Source: an uncultured Chitinophagales bacterium
GTDB taxonomy: Bacteria; Bacteroidota; Bacteroidia; Chitinophagales; JADIYW01
Length of the DNA: 64,000 bases
Direction of reading: 5' to 3'
NCBI GenBank assembly: GCA_964472755.1
Contig: CAYYMF010000003.1
Location: 4,706 to 68,705, forward strand
Positions within the stretch are counted from its first letter, which is position 1, and every line of letters starts with the position of its first letter. Under the pieces are notes generated by a model. That model saw nothing but the letters and a program-made list of their open reading frames with translations, made no database searches and was not told the origin of the DNA. This document shows, one piece after another, positions 11,040 to 21,930 of the stretch. Both the position numbers and the translations under genes were made by a program.

Positions 11040-11435
11040 ATGAGAAAAATTGGATTACTGTTCTTTACTTTTTCTTTTTTGATAATTTTCGCTGCTCCAC
11101 CTGAAATTCCTGAGCCTAAAGTCAAAAATGCAACAATATTAGATGCTCAAACGATTATTATTTATCTAAATGAAGATGATAACATTCAAGAAAATGCAAA
11201 CAATCAAGATATTCTTATATCTGGAATTAGTAACAGAATCAATATTAAAGGCAATTGTAAAAAAGTACTTATTTCAGGAACAGACAATGAAATCATTTTA
11301 GATACAGTACAAGAAATCATTTTAAAAGGCAGCAGAAATACGATTATATGGAATTACAGCAAATTGCCTGATAACAAACCAATAATTACAGACAAAGGTT
11401 TTCAAAATAAAATAGAACAAAAAGCAATTGAATAA
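11040..11435 (+). CDS. Hypothetical secreted protein with DUF3060-like repeats
   Basis: 131-aa ORF with a signal peptide. It has repeated segments NRINIKGNCKKVLISGTDNEIIL / ...IILKGSRNTIIW, as in DUF3060 proteins (by eye). Confidence 0.55.
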   Translation: MRKIGLLFFTFSFLIIFAAPPEIPEPKVKNATILDAQTIIIYLNEDDNIQENANNQDILISGISNRINIKGNCKKVLISGTDNEIILDTVQEIILKGSRNTIIWNYSKLPDNKPIITDKGFQNKIEQKAIE

Positions 11436-12127
11436 TGAATACATTATACCTCATTCCAACACTACTTTCTGAAAATAGTGCATCTTGCATTCCTGAATAT
11501 ATTACACCTATTATTGAAAAATGTGATGTATTTATTGTTGAAAATTTAAAAACGGCACGTCGTTTTATCAAATTAATACGCAAAGAAAAAGATATTGATG
11601 TCTGTACTTTTATAGAAATGGATAAACATAAAAACTATTCCATTGACGAACAAGAATTGTATCTTTTTAAAGATAAAAATATCGGATTAATGAGCGAGGC
11701 TGGAGCACCTTGCATTGCCGATCCTGGCAATAAAATCGTACAATTAGCACACGAATTAAATTGGAAAATTGTGCCATTGGTAGGACCAAGTTCTATACTT
11801 TTAGCTATAATTGGAAGTGGTTTTAATGGACAAAATTTTTCGTTTAATGGTTATTTACCTTTTGATGCAAAAGAAAGAAAATCAAAGATTTTAGAAATGG
11901 AACGTTTGGCTAACAAAAATATTACTCAAATATTTATGGATACGCCTTATCGCAACGCAAAGTTATTAGAAGAAATAATACAAAGTTGTGGTAAAAATAC
12001 ATTACTATCAATTTCTTGCAACCTTACAGCTCAAGATGAATTTACTTATACGAAGACAATAGGCACTTGGAAAAACACAAAAATTGATATTCACAAAAAA
12101 CCTTGTATTTTTGTACTCGGAAAATAA
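11435..12127 (+). CDS. SAM-dependent methyltransferase, tetrapyrrole-methylase (RsmI-like) superfamily
   Basis: 230-aa ORF with N-terminus LYLIPTLLSE and the segment GLMSEAGAPCIADPG, typical of the RsmI-like family. Its ATG overlaps the previous stop (TAATG). Confidence 0.75.
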   Translation: MNTLYLIPTLLSENSASCIPEYITPIIEKCDVFIVENLKTARRFIKLIRKEKDIDVCTFIEMDKHKNYSIDEQELYLFKDKNIGLMSEAGAPCIADPGNKIVQLAHELNWKIVPLVGPSSILLAIIGSGFNGQNFSFNGYLPFDAKERKSKILEMERLANKNITQIFMDTPYRNAKLLEEIIQSCGKNTLLSISCNLTAQDEFTYTKTIGTWKNTKIDIHKKPCIFVLGK

Positions 12128-12135
12128 GTAGTGCT

Positions 12136-12720
12136 ATGATTTTAATTGATGATGTTTTAATAAGTGATGATATTATTGAAAAGCAATTCGTTTGTAATAT
12201 TGACAAATGCAAAGGTGCTTGTTGTGTAGAAGGCGATAGCGGTGCTCCAGTTTCAGATGAAGAGCATACAATTTTAGAAGAAATATATCCAAAAATAATA
12301 GAATATCTTACTCCAGAAGGCATTAAAGCTATAGAAGAACAAGGTACTTGGGTAAAAGAATCTGAAGATGAATATGAACCTTATGCAACACCACTGATTA
12401 ATGGTGGTGCTTGTGCTTATGTCAATTTTGATGAAAAAGGTGCTGCTTATTGTGGTATAGAAAAAGCATACAATGATGGTGTTATCAACTTCAAAAAACC
12501 AATTAGTTGTCATTTATATCCAATTCGCTTATCGAAAATGGAAACTGTAACTGCCATGAATTATGACGTTTGGGACATTTGTAAAGATGCTTGTGTTTTA
12601 GGTGAAAAATTAAAAATGCCTTTATATAAATTCTTAAAAGAACCAATTGTAAGAAAATTTGGAGAAGAATTTTATGAAGTATTAGAACAAGTTGCAAATA
12701 ATGAAATAGAGCCTGAATAA
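12136..12720 (+). CDS. DUF3109-family Cys-rich protein
   Basis: The track ORF starts at 12103. I prefer ATG 12136 (MILIDDVLISDDIIEKQFVCNIDKCKGACCVEGDSGAP). It carries the CxGxCC signature I associate with DUF3109. Confidence 0.65.
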   Translation: MILIDDVLISDDIIEKQFVCNIDKCKGACCVEGDSGAPVSDEEHTILEEIYPKIIEYLTPEGIKAIEEQGTWVKESEDEYEPYATPLINGGACAYVNFDEKGAAYCGIEKAYNDGVINFKKPISCHLYPIRLSKMETVTAMNYDVWDICKDACVLGEKLKMPLYKFLKEPIVRKFGEEFYEVLEQVANNEIEPE

Positions 12721-12766
12721 AAATTAAATTATTAAGAATTTACTTTCGAATTAGATTTACAAAAAA

Positions 12767-13882
12767 TTATTGCTTAATTATAAAGTGCAATTTCAAAGAT
12801 GCCGACAATAATACAATTTTTCCATTTACATTTCGCTCAATTTCATAATACTTTTCATCTAATAATTGGATAAATTCATGAATCTGTTTATGGTTTTTTA
12901 AATATTTTTTTAATGCTTGTGCAATTTTAATTTCCTCATCATTTAGTTTTGGAATATAAGCATCTTGATATTTTGTCAGTAATGTTTCTCTCACAACATG
13001 CTCTGTATATTCAAAAAAGGTTTTAATTTTTTCCCGACCTTGTTTAGACAATTCATCTACCCATTTTACCAATGCGAAGATGTCATAATGAATGGACAAT
13101 TTCATCCAATCAACTAAAGTATAAGTAATATCATCAATCTCCTTTTCAGCAATTTCAAGAGCTTCAGAAATACTTCCATTGGATAAAAATGCAATTTTTT
13201 GAGCTTTTGTACTAGGAATCCCATTTTTTATCAAAGCCATTTCAATTTCCGAATCACTCAATTGATGTAATTTTATCAATTGACACCTTGAAATAATCGT
13301 AGGCAAAATTTGGTCTGGATTCTCTGTAAGCAACAGTAAAATAGTATCTTCTGGTGGTTCTTCCAATAATTTCAACAAGATATTACCTTCTTTTCCTAAA
13401 GCCTCTGCCAACCAAATAATTTGGATTTTAAACCTAGACTCATAAGATTTTAAACTTAAATCTCGGATAATAGTTCTAGCTTCATCGGCTGAAATATTAC
13501 CTTGTCGATTTTCTGCATCAATGCTTTGTAACCATTTATATTCATCTATATATGCATTGTTCAAAATAGCTTTTCGCCATTCTTTAATATAATCAGTACT
13601 AAGACTTGGCTTTCCTGACTTAAATGGTACAACAGGATAAGTATAATGAATATCAGGGTGAATCATTTTATTTGATTTAATACATTCACCACAAACACCA
13701 CAACTATCCTCATTTTGTTTATCCTCACAAACTAAATATTGGGCAAAAGCTAATGCCAGAGGCAAACTTCCTACACCTGAGTTACTCAAAAACAATTGTG
13801 CATGTGGAATATTATTACTCTGCACCAAGCCGATTAAATGCTTTTTAATATCTTCGTGTCCGATTACCTGCTGAAATTGCAT
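12767..13882 (-). CDS. holB: DNA polymerase III subunit delta-prime
   Basis: The ORF extends to 13939. The internal ATG 13882 (MQFQQVIGHEDIKKHL) is the more typical start. It has an AAA+-like N-terminus, the Zn module CGVCGEC and the SRC-type motif IISRCQ. Confidence 0.85.
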   Translation of the reverse strand: MQFQQVIGHEDIKKHLIGLVQSNNIPHAQLFLSNSGVGSLPLALAFAQYLVCEDKQNEDSCGVCGECIKSNKMIHPDIHYTYPVVPFKSGKPSLSTDYIKEWRKAILNNAYIDEYKWLQSIDAENRQGNISADEARTIIRDLSLKSYESRFKIQIIWLAEALGKEGNILLKLLEEPPEDTILLLLTENPDQILPTIISRCQLIKLHQLSDSEIEMALIKNGIPSTKAQKIAFLSNGSISEALEIAEKEIDDITYTLVDWMKLSIHYDIFALVKWVDELSKQGREKIKTFFEYTEHVVRETLLTKYQDAYIPKLNDEEIKIAQALKKYLKNHKQIHEFIQLLDEKYYEIERNVNGKIVLLSASLKLHFIIKQ

Positions 13883-14018
13883 TTGGCTAAAATAAGCATA
13901 TAAAAATAAATTATTGCTTTTGTAAATAAAAGATTTCAAGAATAATAATTCTAAAATTATAATCCAATTGATAAAAAGAAACTAATTGTAAACATTTAAT
14001 TTTTTAGCATATACTTTC

Positions 14019-14026
14019 TATCTTTG
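14019..14026 (+). promoter_or_regulatory. Bacteroidota -7 box TATCTTTG directly upstream of gltX
   Basis: Exact TAnnTTTG ends 4 nt before ATG 14031, which implies a very short or absent 5' UTR. Confidence 0.45.
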
Positions 14027-14030
14027 TAAA

Positions 14031-15530
14031 ATGACTGATATTCGTGTTCGATTTGCTCCAAGTCCGACTGGACCTTTACACTTAGGTGGTGTTCGTACTG
14101 CTTTATACAACTATCTTTTTGCTAAAAAGAATAATGGTACATTTATTTTAAGAATTGAAGATACTGATCAAAATCGGTTTGTACCAGGTGCTGAAAAATA
14201 CATTATGGACAGTTTAGCTTGGTGTGGTATTAAAATTGATGAAGGCATTAATGAAGGTGGTGATTTTGGTCCTTACAAACAAAGTGAAAGGAAAGAATTA
14301 TACAAACAATATGCCGATGCTTTAATACAAAGTGGACATGCTTATTATGCATTTGATACAACTGAAGAATTGGAACAACTAAGAAAAGAAAACCCTAATT
14401 TTGCCTACAATTCAAAGGTTAGAGGGCAATTAAACAATAGTTTAAATTTAGATGCGGATTCTATACAGAATAAATTAAATAGTGGAATACCTTATGTGAT
14501 TCGTATCAAAGTTCCAGCTGAAACAGAGATTAGTTTTAATGATATTGTACGAGGTGCGGTTAGTTTTCATTCAGCTCAAATTGATGACAAAGTAATGTTT
14601 AAAAGTGATGGAATGCCCACCTATCATTTAGCCAATGTCGTTGATGACCATTTAATGAAAATCTCACACGTTATTCGAGGAGAAGAATGGCTTCCTTCTA
14701 CACCTATTCACGTATTATTGTATGAGTTTTTAGGTTGGAGTGCAACAATGCCACTTTTCGCACATTTGCCATTAATATTAAAACCAGATGGCAACGGAAA
14801 ACTCTCCAAAAGAGATGGCGATAGATTAGGTTTTCCAGTATTTCCGCTCAATTGGACAAATCCTGAAAGCGGTGAAGAAAGTCAAGGTTTTAAAGAGCGA
14901 GGTTTCTTACCTGAAGCATTTGTAAACTTTTTGGCTTTTTTAGGTTGGAATCCAGGTACTGACCAAGAAATTTTATCTATGCAGGAATTGATTGAATTAT
15001 TTAATATCGAGAAACTTCATAAATCTGGAGCAAAATTTGATTTTGAAAAAGCTAAATGGTACAATGCTTCCTATATCAAATCAATGGGAAGTGCCACTAT
15101 TACAAAGTGGCTTCAAACACAAAACCATTATCAAAATATAGATACAAATTATTTGACAAATGCGATAGATTTGATAAAAGAACGTTTAATTTTCCTACAA
15201 GACATACAACACTTCCAATATCTCTTTAATATTCCTAATAATTACGACGAAACTAATTTAGCTAAATTAGGTACTATAAAAAGCAATTTCAGCATCAATC
15301 AATTTGAAAATACACTAAATAATTTAGAAACGTTTAATGCCAATTCAATTGAAACAACGATAAAGGAATTTGCAGAAAATCATCAAATTAAAGTAGGTGA
15401 AATGATGAAGTTTTTAAGAATAAGTTTAGTTGGCGAACTATCAGGTCCAGCCATTCCTGATTTAATTGTTTTATTAGGAAAAGAAAATACCCTAAATCGC
15501 ATTCAATTAGGATTGGCGAAATGTCAATAA
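14031..15530 (+). CDS. gltX: Glutamate--tRNA ligase
   Basis: 499-aa ORF with class I motifs PSPTGPLHLGG (HIGH) and KLSKR (KMSKS). Confidence 0.96.
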   Translation: MTDIRVRFAPSPTGPLHLGGVRTALYNYLFAKKNNGTFILRIEDTDQNRFVPGAEKYIMDSLAWCGIKIDEGINEGGDFGPYKQSERKELYKQYADALIQSGHAYYAFDTTEELEQLRKENPNFAYNSKVRGQLNNSLNLDADSIQNKLNSGIPYVIRIKVPAETEISFNDIVRGAVSFHSAQIDDKVMFKSDGMPTYHLANVVDDHLMKISHVIRGEEWLPSTPIHVLLYEFLGWSATMPLFAHLPLILKPDGNGKLSKRDGDRLGFPVFPLNWTNPESGEESQGFKERGFLPEAFVNFLAFLGWNPGTDQEILSMQELIELFNIEKLHKSGAKFDFEKAKWYNASYIKSMGSATITKWLQTQNHYQNIDTNYLTNAIDLIKERLIFLQDIQHFQYLFNIPNNYDETNLAKLGTIKSNFSINQFENTLNNLETFNANSIETTIKEFAENHQIKVGEMMKFLRISLVGELSGPAIPDLIVLLGKENTLNRIQLGLAKCQ

Positions 15531-15661
15531 ACTTTAAAAAATAGATCTATTGTGTTCATTTACAAGTCATAAGATTTAATAATGATTTGATATAAAGATT
15601 CAATAGAAAATAGCAAAAAATCGTATCTTACAAATTCAATTCAAACAATAAAAAATCAAAT

Positions 15662-16837
15662 ATGAGAGAAGTATTTATCGTATCATTTGCAAGAACACCC
15701 ATTGGAAGTTTAGGTGGTGTATTGGCTAGTGTAAATACAGTAGAATTAGGTAAAATTGCAGTTCAAGCAGCAATGGAAAGAGCCAAAGTTAATGGAGATA
15801 TGGTTGATGAAGTCATTCTGGGCAATGTACTTCAAGCAAATATTGGTCAAGCTCCAGCACAGCAAGTTTCTATCGCCGCAGGTATCAATACTAAAACACC
15901 TTGTACAACTGTCAATAAAGTATGTGCTTCCGGCATGAAAGCAATTATGTTAGGTGCTCAATCTATTCAATTAGGTGATAATGATGTAGTAGTAGTTGGC
16001 GGAATGGAAAGTATGAGTAATGCTCCACATTATTTACCAAGTGGAAGAACTGGAATTAGATATGGAAATGGCGAAATCATAGACGCTATCGTTCGTGATG
16101 GCTTACAAGATCCATATAAAAAATATATGATGGGCAATGCTGGAGAAGTTTGTGCGAAACATTATTCATTCAGTCGAGCAGATCAAGACAATTATGCGAT
16201 TGCATCTTATGAAAGAGCCGCTGAGGCATACAAAAATGGCTATTTCAATGAGGAAATTATTCCTGTTACAATTGCTACAAGAAAAGGAAATATCACGATT
16301 TCTGAAGATGAAGAATATAAAAAATTCGATAAAGAAAAGGTAGGTGCATTAAAACCAGCATTTGAAAAGGAAGGCACAATTACAGCTATCAATGCTTCAA
16401 AAATTAATGATGGAGCTTCGGCAATGGTTTTAATGAGTGGCGAAAAAGTAAAAGAATTAGGCTTAACGCCATTAGCAAAAATCGTATCTTATGCAGATGC
16501 TTCACAAGAACCAGAATGGTTTACAACAACGCCTTCTAAAGCAATTCCTAAAGCATTAGCAAAAGCAAACATAGATATCAATTCAGTAGATTATTTTGAA
16601 ATTAATGAGGCATTTTCTGTTGTTGCATTAGCCAATATGAAAGAAATGGCTATTGCTCACGAGAAAGTAAATGCTTTTGGTGGTGCTGTGGCTTTAGGAC
16701 ATCCCATAGGTAATTCTGGTTGTAGAATTGTGGGTACGCTAATTTCTATATTAAAACACAAAAATGGCAAAATTGGTGCTGCTGGAATTTGTAATGGCGG
16801 CGGCGGTGCAAGTGCTATTGTTATTGAGAAAGTTTAA
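15662..16837 (+). CDS. Acetyl-CoA C-acetyltransferase (thiolase II)
   Basis: 391-aa ORF with active-site Cys context NKVCASGMKA, GHPIGNSG and C-terminal CNGGGGASA. Confidence 0.95.
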   Translation: MREVFIVSFARTPIGSLGGVLASVNTVELGKIAVQAAMERAKVNGDMVDEVILGNVLQANIGQAPAQQVSIAAGINTKTPCTTVNKVCASGMKAIMLGAQSIQLGDNDVVVVGGMESMSNAPHYLPSGRTGIRYGNGEIIDAIVRDGLQDPYKKYMMGNAGEVCAKHYSFSRADQDNYAIASYERAAEAYKNGYFNEEIIPVTIATRKGNITISEDEEYKKFDKEKVGALKPAFEKEGTITAINASKINDGASAMVLMSGEKVKELGLTPLAKIVSYADASQEPEWFTTTPSKAIPKALAKANIDINSVDYFEINEAFSVVALANMKEMAIAHEKVNAFGGAVALGHPIGNSGCRIVGTLISILKHKNGKIGAAGICNGGGGASAIVIEKV

Positions 16838-16853
16838 AAATATTTTTAAAAAT

Positions 16854-16889
16854 AAAAAAAGCTGTTTGTTTCACAAACAGCTTTTTTTT
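16854..16889. terminator. Bidirectional rho-independent terminator between thiolase (+) and lptB (-)
   Basis: AAAAAAA-GCTGTTTGT-TTC-ACAAACAGC-TTTTTTTT: a perfect 9-bp stem flanked by an A-run and a T-run. The T-run overlaps the lptB stop codon. Confidence 0.8.
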
Positions 16890-17628
16890 ATTTCTTTCGT
16901 AATTCAAAACTCTGACCAAGATAAACTTTACGCACCATTTCATCATTGGCTAAATCTTCAGCACTTCCTTGTTTTATAATTTTTCCTTCAAATAATAAAT
17001 AGGCTCTATCTGTAATCGATAAAGTTTCATGTACATTATGGTCAGTAATTAGAATTCCGATATTCTTTTCTTTCAATTTTTCTACAATATGCTGAATGTC
17101 TTCTACCGCAATTGGGTCAATACCAGCAAACGGCTCATCTAACAAAATAAACTTAGGGTCTGATGCCAATGCACGAGCAATTTCAGTTCTTCGACGCTCT
17201 CCTCCTGAAAGTAATTTCCCTTTTGATTTTCTAATTTTTTGTAATCCAAATTCATCTAAAAGTGCTTCTAATTTTTCAGCTTGTTGTTGCTTACTTAAAT
17301 CGGTAAATTCTAAAATAGCTTTTATATTATCTTCAACACTCAATGTTCTAAAAACAGAATTTTCTTGAGGTAGATAACCAACACCGTATTTTGCTCTTTT
17401 ATACATTGGCACCTTAGAAATATTATGCTCATCTAAAAAAACGTTGCCTTTGTTTGGTGTAACCAAACCAACTGTCATATAAAAAGTAGTTGTTTTTCCA
17501 GCTCCATTTGGGCCCAATAGTCCAACAATTTCACCTTGTTTTACTTCGATAGAAACATCATCTACAACATTTCTACTACCATAAGTTTTAAATAATTTTT
17601 CTGCACGCAGTACCATTTTTCTATTCAA
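16888..17628 (-). CDS. lptB: LPS export ABC transporter ATP-binding protein
   Basis: 246-aa ORF with Walker [10 protein letters not shown], signature LSGGERRR and Walker B ILLDEP. Confidence 0.92.
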   Translation of the reverse strand: MNRKMVLRAEKLFKTYGSRNVVDDVSIEVKQGEIVGLLGPNGAGKTTTFYMTVGLVTPNKGNVFLDEHNISKVPMYKRAKYGVGYLPQENSVFRTLSVEDNIKAILEFTDLSKQQQAEKLEALLDEFGLQKIRKSKGKLLSGGERRRTEIARALASDPKFILLDEPFAGIDPIAVEDIQHIVEKLKEKNIGILITDHNVHETLSITDRAYLLFEGKIIKQGSAEDLANDEMVRKVYLGQSFELRKK

Positions 17629-19318
17629 TATCTTTTAATCTAAGTTCAATTTTAGTTTGATTATTCCATTCATTGGTATATAATTGATAACAAACATCAA
17701 AAGATTCTTTATTTTCTAATATTTCATACAAATCTGCCATACCAAAACCAATACCATTTACTGGATTTTGTCCATCTTTCAATAAATTTATTTTTAGATG
17801 TGCCTCTTTAACAACTTTTGAAAAACCTGTATCATAAACATCTTTAGTCATAAATGTTGGTCGCATATTTTCTGGACCAAAAGGTGCCATTTGCTCAATA
17901 ATATTATAGAATTTATCTGTAATATCTGAAAACTCAATTTCAGCATCAATATCAATTGGAGCAATCAACAATTCCTCTGTTATATTATTCTGTACAACTG
18001 ATTCAAACATTTCCGCAAATGCATCAATTTTATCTAATTCAATCGTTAAACCTGCTGCATATTTATGTCCGCCAAACTGTATTAAATGTTCACTACATTG
18101 GTCGATTGCTTCATATAAATCAAAGCCAGGCACAGAACGTCCAGAACCAACACCTTTCCCATTTGACTCTGTCAAAATAATAGTTGGTCTATGATATTTA
18201 TCTATCAATCTTGAGGCTACAATTCCAATAACGCCTTTGTGCCAATGTGGTCGAAATAAAACCGTAGATTTCTTTTGAATTAAAAGTTCACTTTGCTCAA
18301 TTATTGCAAAAGCTTCTTCGGTAGTATCTTTATCAAATTCCTTTCTTGTATCATTATTTTCTTGAACTTTTTTAATTTTTGTAATGGCAGTTTCTAAATC
18401 TTTAGCCACTAACAACTCAACGGCTTCTGAGCCATGAGCAATTCTTCCAGCAGCATTAATTCTAGGTCCAATTATGAATACTAAATCAGTAATTTCTAAT
18501 TTTCTATTCAATTTTAATTCGTTTATTAGTGCTTGAATACCAGGTCTAGGTTTTTTATTGACCAAATCAACACCAAATTTTGCCAAAATACGATTTTCAC
18601 CAGTTACGTGAACTAAATCAGAAGCTATACTCGTAGCAACTAAATCCAATTCTTCATATATCTGCTCTTTATTTATATTATTTTTTTCAGCATAAGCCTG
18701 AATTAACTTAAAACCAATTCCACAACCCGACAACTCTTTGTAAGGATAATTACAATCTGGTCTTTTAGGGTCTAAAACAGCAACTGCATCTGGAATCGTT
18801 TCGGCTGGAAGATGGTGATCGCAAATTATAAAATCAATACCTAATGATTTGGCATAATTAATTTTTTCGTGAGCTTTGATACCACAATCTAAAACAATAA
18901 TCAAAGACACCTGATGTTCTTTTGCAAAATCAATTCCTTGTATTGAAATTCCATAACCTTCCGAATATCTATCTGGGATATATGTGATTAAATTGGGATA
19001 AATTTTACTAAAAAAAGAATAAACCAAAGCAACCGAAGTGGTTCCATCTACATCATAATCACCATAGATTAAAACATTTTCGTTATTTTGAATAGCCTTT
19101 TCAATTCTATCAATCGCCTTATCCATATCTTTCATAAGAAATGGATTGTGTAAATTCTCTAAACTCGGTCTGAAAAATTGTTTTGCTTCATCATAAGTAG
19201 ATATTCCTCTTAATACTAATAACCTGCATAATACAGGATGAATTTTGAGTACATCTTGTAAATGGCGAACTTTTTGTTCATCAGCTTCTAAAAAAATCCA
19301 TCTTTTTTGTTCACTCAT
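17621..19318 (-). CDS. recJ: Single-stranded-DNA-specific exonuclease RecJ
   Basis: 565-aa ORF with DHH-family motifs DYDVDGTTS and CDHH. It overlaps the lptB start by 8 nt. Confidence 0.94.
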   Translation of the reverse strand: MSEQKRWIFLEADEQKVRHLQDVLKIHPVLCRLLVLRGISTYDEAKQFFRPSLENLHNPFLMKDMDKAIDRIEKAIQNNENVLIYGDYDVDGTTSVALVYSFFSKIYPNLITYIPDRYSEGYGISIQGIDFAKEHQVSLIIVLDCGIKAHEKINYAKSLGIDFIICDHHLPAETIPDAVAVLDPKRPDCNYPYKELSGCGIGFKLIQAYAEKNNINKEQIYEELDLVATSIASDLVHVTGENRILAKFGVDLVNKKPRPGIQALINELKLNRKLEITDLVFIIGPRINAAGRIAHGSEAVELLVAKDLETAITKIKKVQENNDTRKEFDKDTTEEAFAIIEQSELLIQKKSTVLFRPHWHKGVIGIVASRLIDKYHRPTIILTESNGKGVGSGRSVPGFDLYEAIDQCSEHLIQFGGHKYAAGLTIELDKIDAFAEMFESVVQNNITEELLIAPIDIDAEIEFSDITDKFYNIIEQMAPFGPENMRPTFMTKDVYDTGFSKVVKEAHLKINLLKDGQNPVNGIGFGMADLYEILENKESFDVCYQLYTNEWNNQTKIELRLKDIE

Positions 19319-19405
19319 ATCTCGCTAAGTTAAAAAAATATTTCCTTTTTACTAAACCTACAAAAATATTCTATAATTATTAGCCTAAAACTCAAAATGG
19401 AATGG

Positions 19406-19413
19406 TATTTTTG
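19406..19413 (+). promoter_or_regulatory. Bacteroidota -7 box TATTTTTG
   Basis: Exact TAnnTTTG. It lies inside the longest ORF (19402..), which argues that the real start is ATG 19432. Confidence 0.4.
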
Positions 19414-19431
19414 TACTATATTAAATGTTTT

Positions 19432-19743
19432 ATGAAAAAGGTGATTTATCATGCAGTGGGTACAACTCATTTGATACAAGAAAAGATAAAAGAATTATTG
19501 GAAGATTTAATCCAAAACCAACACTATACTGAAGAAGAAGGTAAGCGTATTATTGATGATTTTTTTGGAGACATTAAATCAAATATAGAAAATGTAAAAT
19601 TTTCAATGGAAGTTAAACTTGATGAGCTATTCAAAAAATTAAATATAGATTCATTCACTACCTTTAAAAACAATATCAACCAAGTCATAAAAGATATTGA
19701 AGACAATCCATATTTACCTACTATCATCAACCACAAGAAATAA
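19432..19743 (+). CDS. Hypothetical coiled-coil protein (phasin-like by composition)
   Basis: 103-aa ORF from MKKVIYHAVG, helical and charged. The family assignment is tentative. Confidence 0.55.
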   Translation: MKKVIYHAVGTTHLIQEKIKELLEDLIQNQHYTEEEGKRIIDDFFGDIKSNIENVKFSMEVKLDELFKKLNIDSFTTFKNNINQVIKDIEDNPYLPTIINHKK

Positions 19744-19758
19744 GCCTCTATTTAATCT

Positions 19759-20811
19759 ATGAAAACAATTGAACTGCATAATTACAATATCATATTTGAT
19801 GATACTTTCAAATCATTAGAGCGATTTTTAAATTCAAAAAGTTACTCCAAAAAAATTGTACTTGTAGATGAAAATACTAAGGAACATTGTTTGCCTTTGC
19901 TTTCAGAACAAATTAAGATTGATGTTATCATTGAAATAAAATCGGGCGAAGCCAATAAAAATATTGAAACTTGTGAATTAATTTGGAAATCCTTAATTGA
20001 TAATACAATTGATAGAAATGCTGTATTTATAAACTTAGGTGGTGGTGTAATTGGCGATATGGGTGGTTTTGCTGCAAGTTGTTATAAACGTGGTATTGAT
20101 TTCATACAAATACCAACAACCCTTTTATCACAAGTTGATTCTTCTATTGGCGGAAAATTAGGCATTGATTTTAAATATGGAAAAAACTTAATTGGATTAT
20201 TCCAGAATCCTAAATTAGTTTATATAAATAAGCAATTCCTTAAAACATTGCCTAAAAGACAATACATCAATGGATTTGCTGAAATTTTCAAGCATGCATT
20301 AATTCAAGATGCTGCACATTGGCAAAAACTCAAAGATATTGACATCTTTAATGAAAATATAGATGAGATATTGTATCAATCTTTATTAGTTAAAAAACAA
20401 GTTGTTGAAGCTGACCCATTTGAAAAAGGATTGCGAAAAATATTAAATTTTGGACACACTATTGGCCATGCCATTGAAGCTTATTCATTAGAAAACGAGG
20501 TAAATCCACTTTTGCATGGCGAGGCAATTGCTATTGGAATGATTTGCGAAGCCTATTTATCTTATAAAAAAACTGGATTATCGGAATCTGAATTAAGAGA
20601 TATTCATCAAACATTATTAGTGTTTTTTCCAAAATATAATATCTCAAAATTTCCAACAGATAAAATTATTCAATCCATGATGATGGATAAGAAAAATAAA
20701 GGAAAAAATATTCAAACAGCTTTATTAAATAAAATAGGAAATTGTGCCTTTGATATCAATATTATTGAGAAAGAAATTGCTGATAGTCTTGATTTTTACA
20801 AATTTTCATAA
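19759..20811 (+). CDS. aroB: 3-dehydroquinate synthase
   Basis: 350-aa ORF with nucleotide-binding GGGVIGDMGGFAA and metal-site His residues (HTIGHAIE, HGEAIA). Confidence 0.93.
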   Translation: MKTIELHNYNIIFDDTFKSLERFLNSKSYSKKIVLVDENTKEHCLPLLSEQIKIDVIIEIKSGEANKNIETCELIWKSLIDNTIDRNAVFINLGGGVIGDMGGFAASCYKRGIDFIQIPTTLLSQVDSSIGGKLGIDFKYGKNLIGLFQNPKLVYINKQFLKTLPKRQYINGFAEIFKHALIQDAAHWQKLKDIDIFNENIDEILYQSLLVKKQVVEADPFEKGLRKILNFGHTIGHAIEAYSLENEVNPLLHGEAIAIGMICEAYLSYKKTGLSESELRDIHQTLLVFFPKYNISKFPTDKIIQSMMMDKKNKGKNIQTALLNKIGNCAFDINIIEKEIADSLDFYKFS

Positions 20812-20928
20812 AATAATTCAACTTTTTGAATCAAAACTTAATATTTTTTGAAAAAATGTAAAAAATTTTACATAAATTTTACAGTATTTAAAAAATATTC
20901 TTATACATTTACATTAAAATATAGATAT

Positions 20929-21930
20929 ATGAACGAAATACTACAGCGCGAAGCCGCAATTACAATCGTAAAAGACACATTCACAAGATTTCTTTGTGAT
21001 TATTTACACCTAACAAAAATTTCATCTCCAGTTGCCGTTTTAGATGGCACTGGAATTAATGATGACTTAAATGGAATTGAGCGTCCAGTATCTTTCCCAA
21101 TTAAGGCGTTAAATGAACAACGAGCAGTTGTTGTACACTCTTTAGCAAAGTGGAAAAGATTACGTTTAAAAGAATTAGAAGTTGAAGCTGGAAGAGGAAT
21201 CTTAACTGACATGCGTGCATTACGTCCAGACGAAGATTACAGTCCAATTCACTCTATTTATGTAGATCAATGGGATTGGGAAAAACACATTAAGCCTGAA
21301 AATAGAAATATCGATTTCTTAAAAGATACTGTAAAAAGAATTTATAGTGCTATAAAAGAAACTGAAAAAGCTATTCAACAATATTATCCAAATGAAGAAC
21401 CAGTCTTACCTGAAGAAATATTTTTTATTCATTCAGAAGAGTTATTACAAAAATATCCTGGATTAACACCAAAAGAAAGAGAAAATGCTATAACTAAAGA
21501 ACACGGTGCTGTATTTATAATGGGTATTGGTGGTGCATTATCTAGTGGCGAAGCTCATGATGGAAGAGCCGCTGATTACGACGACTGGAGTACATTAAAC
21601 CAAGATGGTTTCAATGGCTTAAACGGAGATATTATTCTGTGGCATCCAAAATTACAATCTGCTTTTGAAGTTTCATCAATGGGTATCCGTGTAGATAAGT
21701 CTGCATTAGAGCAACAATTAAAAATTAAAGGTATGGAAGACAAAGCAAAATTAGCTTTCCATAGCATGCTATTAAATGGCGAATTAACAGAAAGTATCGG
21801 TGGCGGAATTGGCCAGTCTAGAATATGTATGTTTATGTTAAATAAATCTCATATTGGAGAAGTACAAGTAAGTATTTGGCCTGAAGAAGAAAGACAAAAA
21901 TTACAAGCACAAGGTATTACGCTATTGTAA
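20929..21930 (+). CDS. asnA: Aspartate--ammonia ligase (asparagine synthetase A)
   Basis: The track ORF begins at TTG 20848. ATG 20929 (MNEILQREAAITIVKDTF) gives the typical ~333-aa AsnA. Class-II aaRS-like motifs include GGGIGQSR. Confidence 0.9.
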   Translation: MNEILQREAAITIVKDTFTRFLCDYLHLTKISSPVAVLDGTGINDDLNGIERPVSFPIKALNEQRAVVVHSLAKWKRLRLKELEVEAGRGILTDMRALRPDEDYSPIHSIYVDQWDWEKHIKPENRNIDFLKDTVKRIYSAIKETEKAIQQYYPNEEPVLPEEIFFIHSEELLQKYPGLTPKERENAITKEHGAVFIMGIGGALSSGEAHDGRAADYDDWSTLNQDGFNGLNGDIILWHPKLQSAFEVSSMGIRVDKSALEQQLKIKGMEDKAKLAFHSMLLNGELTESIGGGIGQSRICMFMLNKSHIGEVQVSIWPEEERQKLQAQGITLL

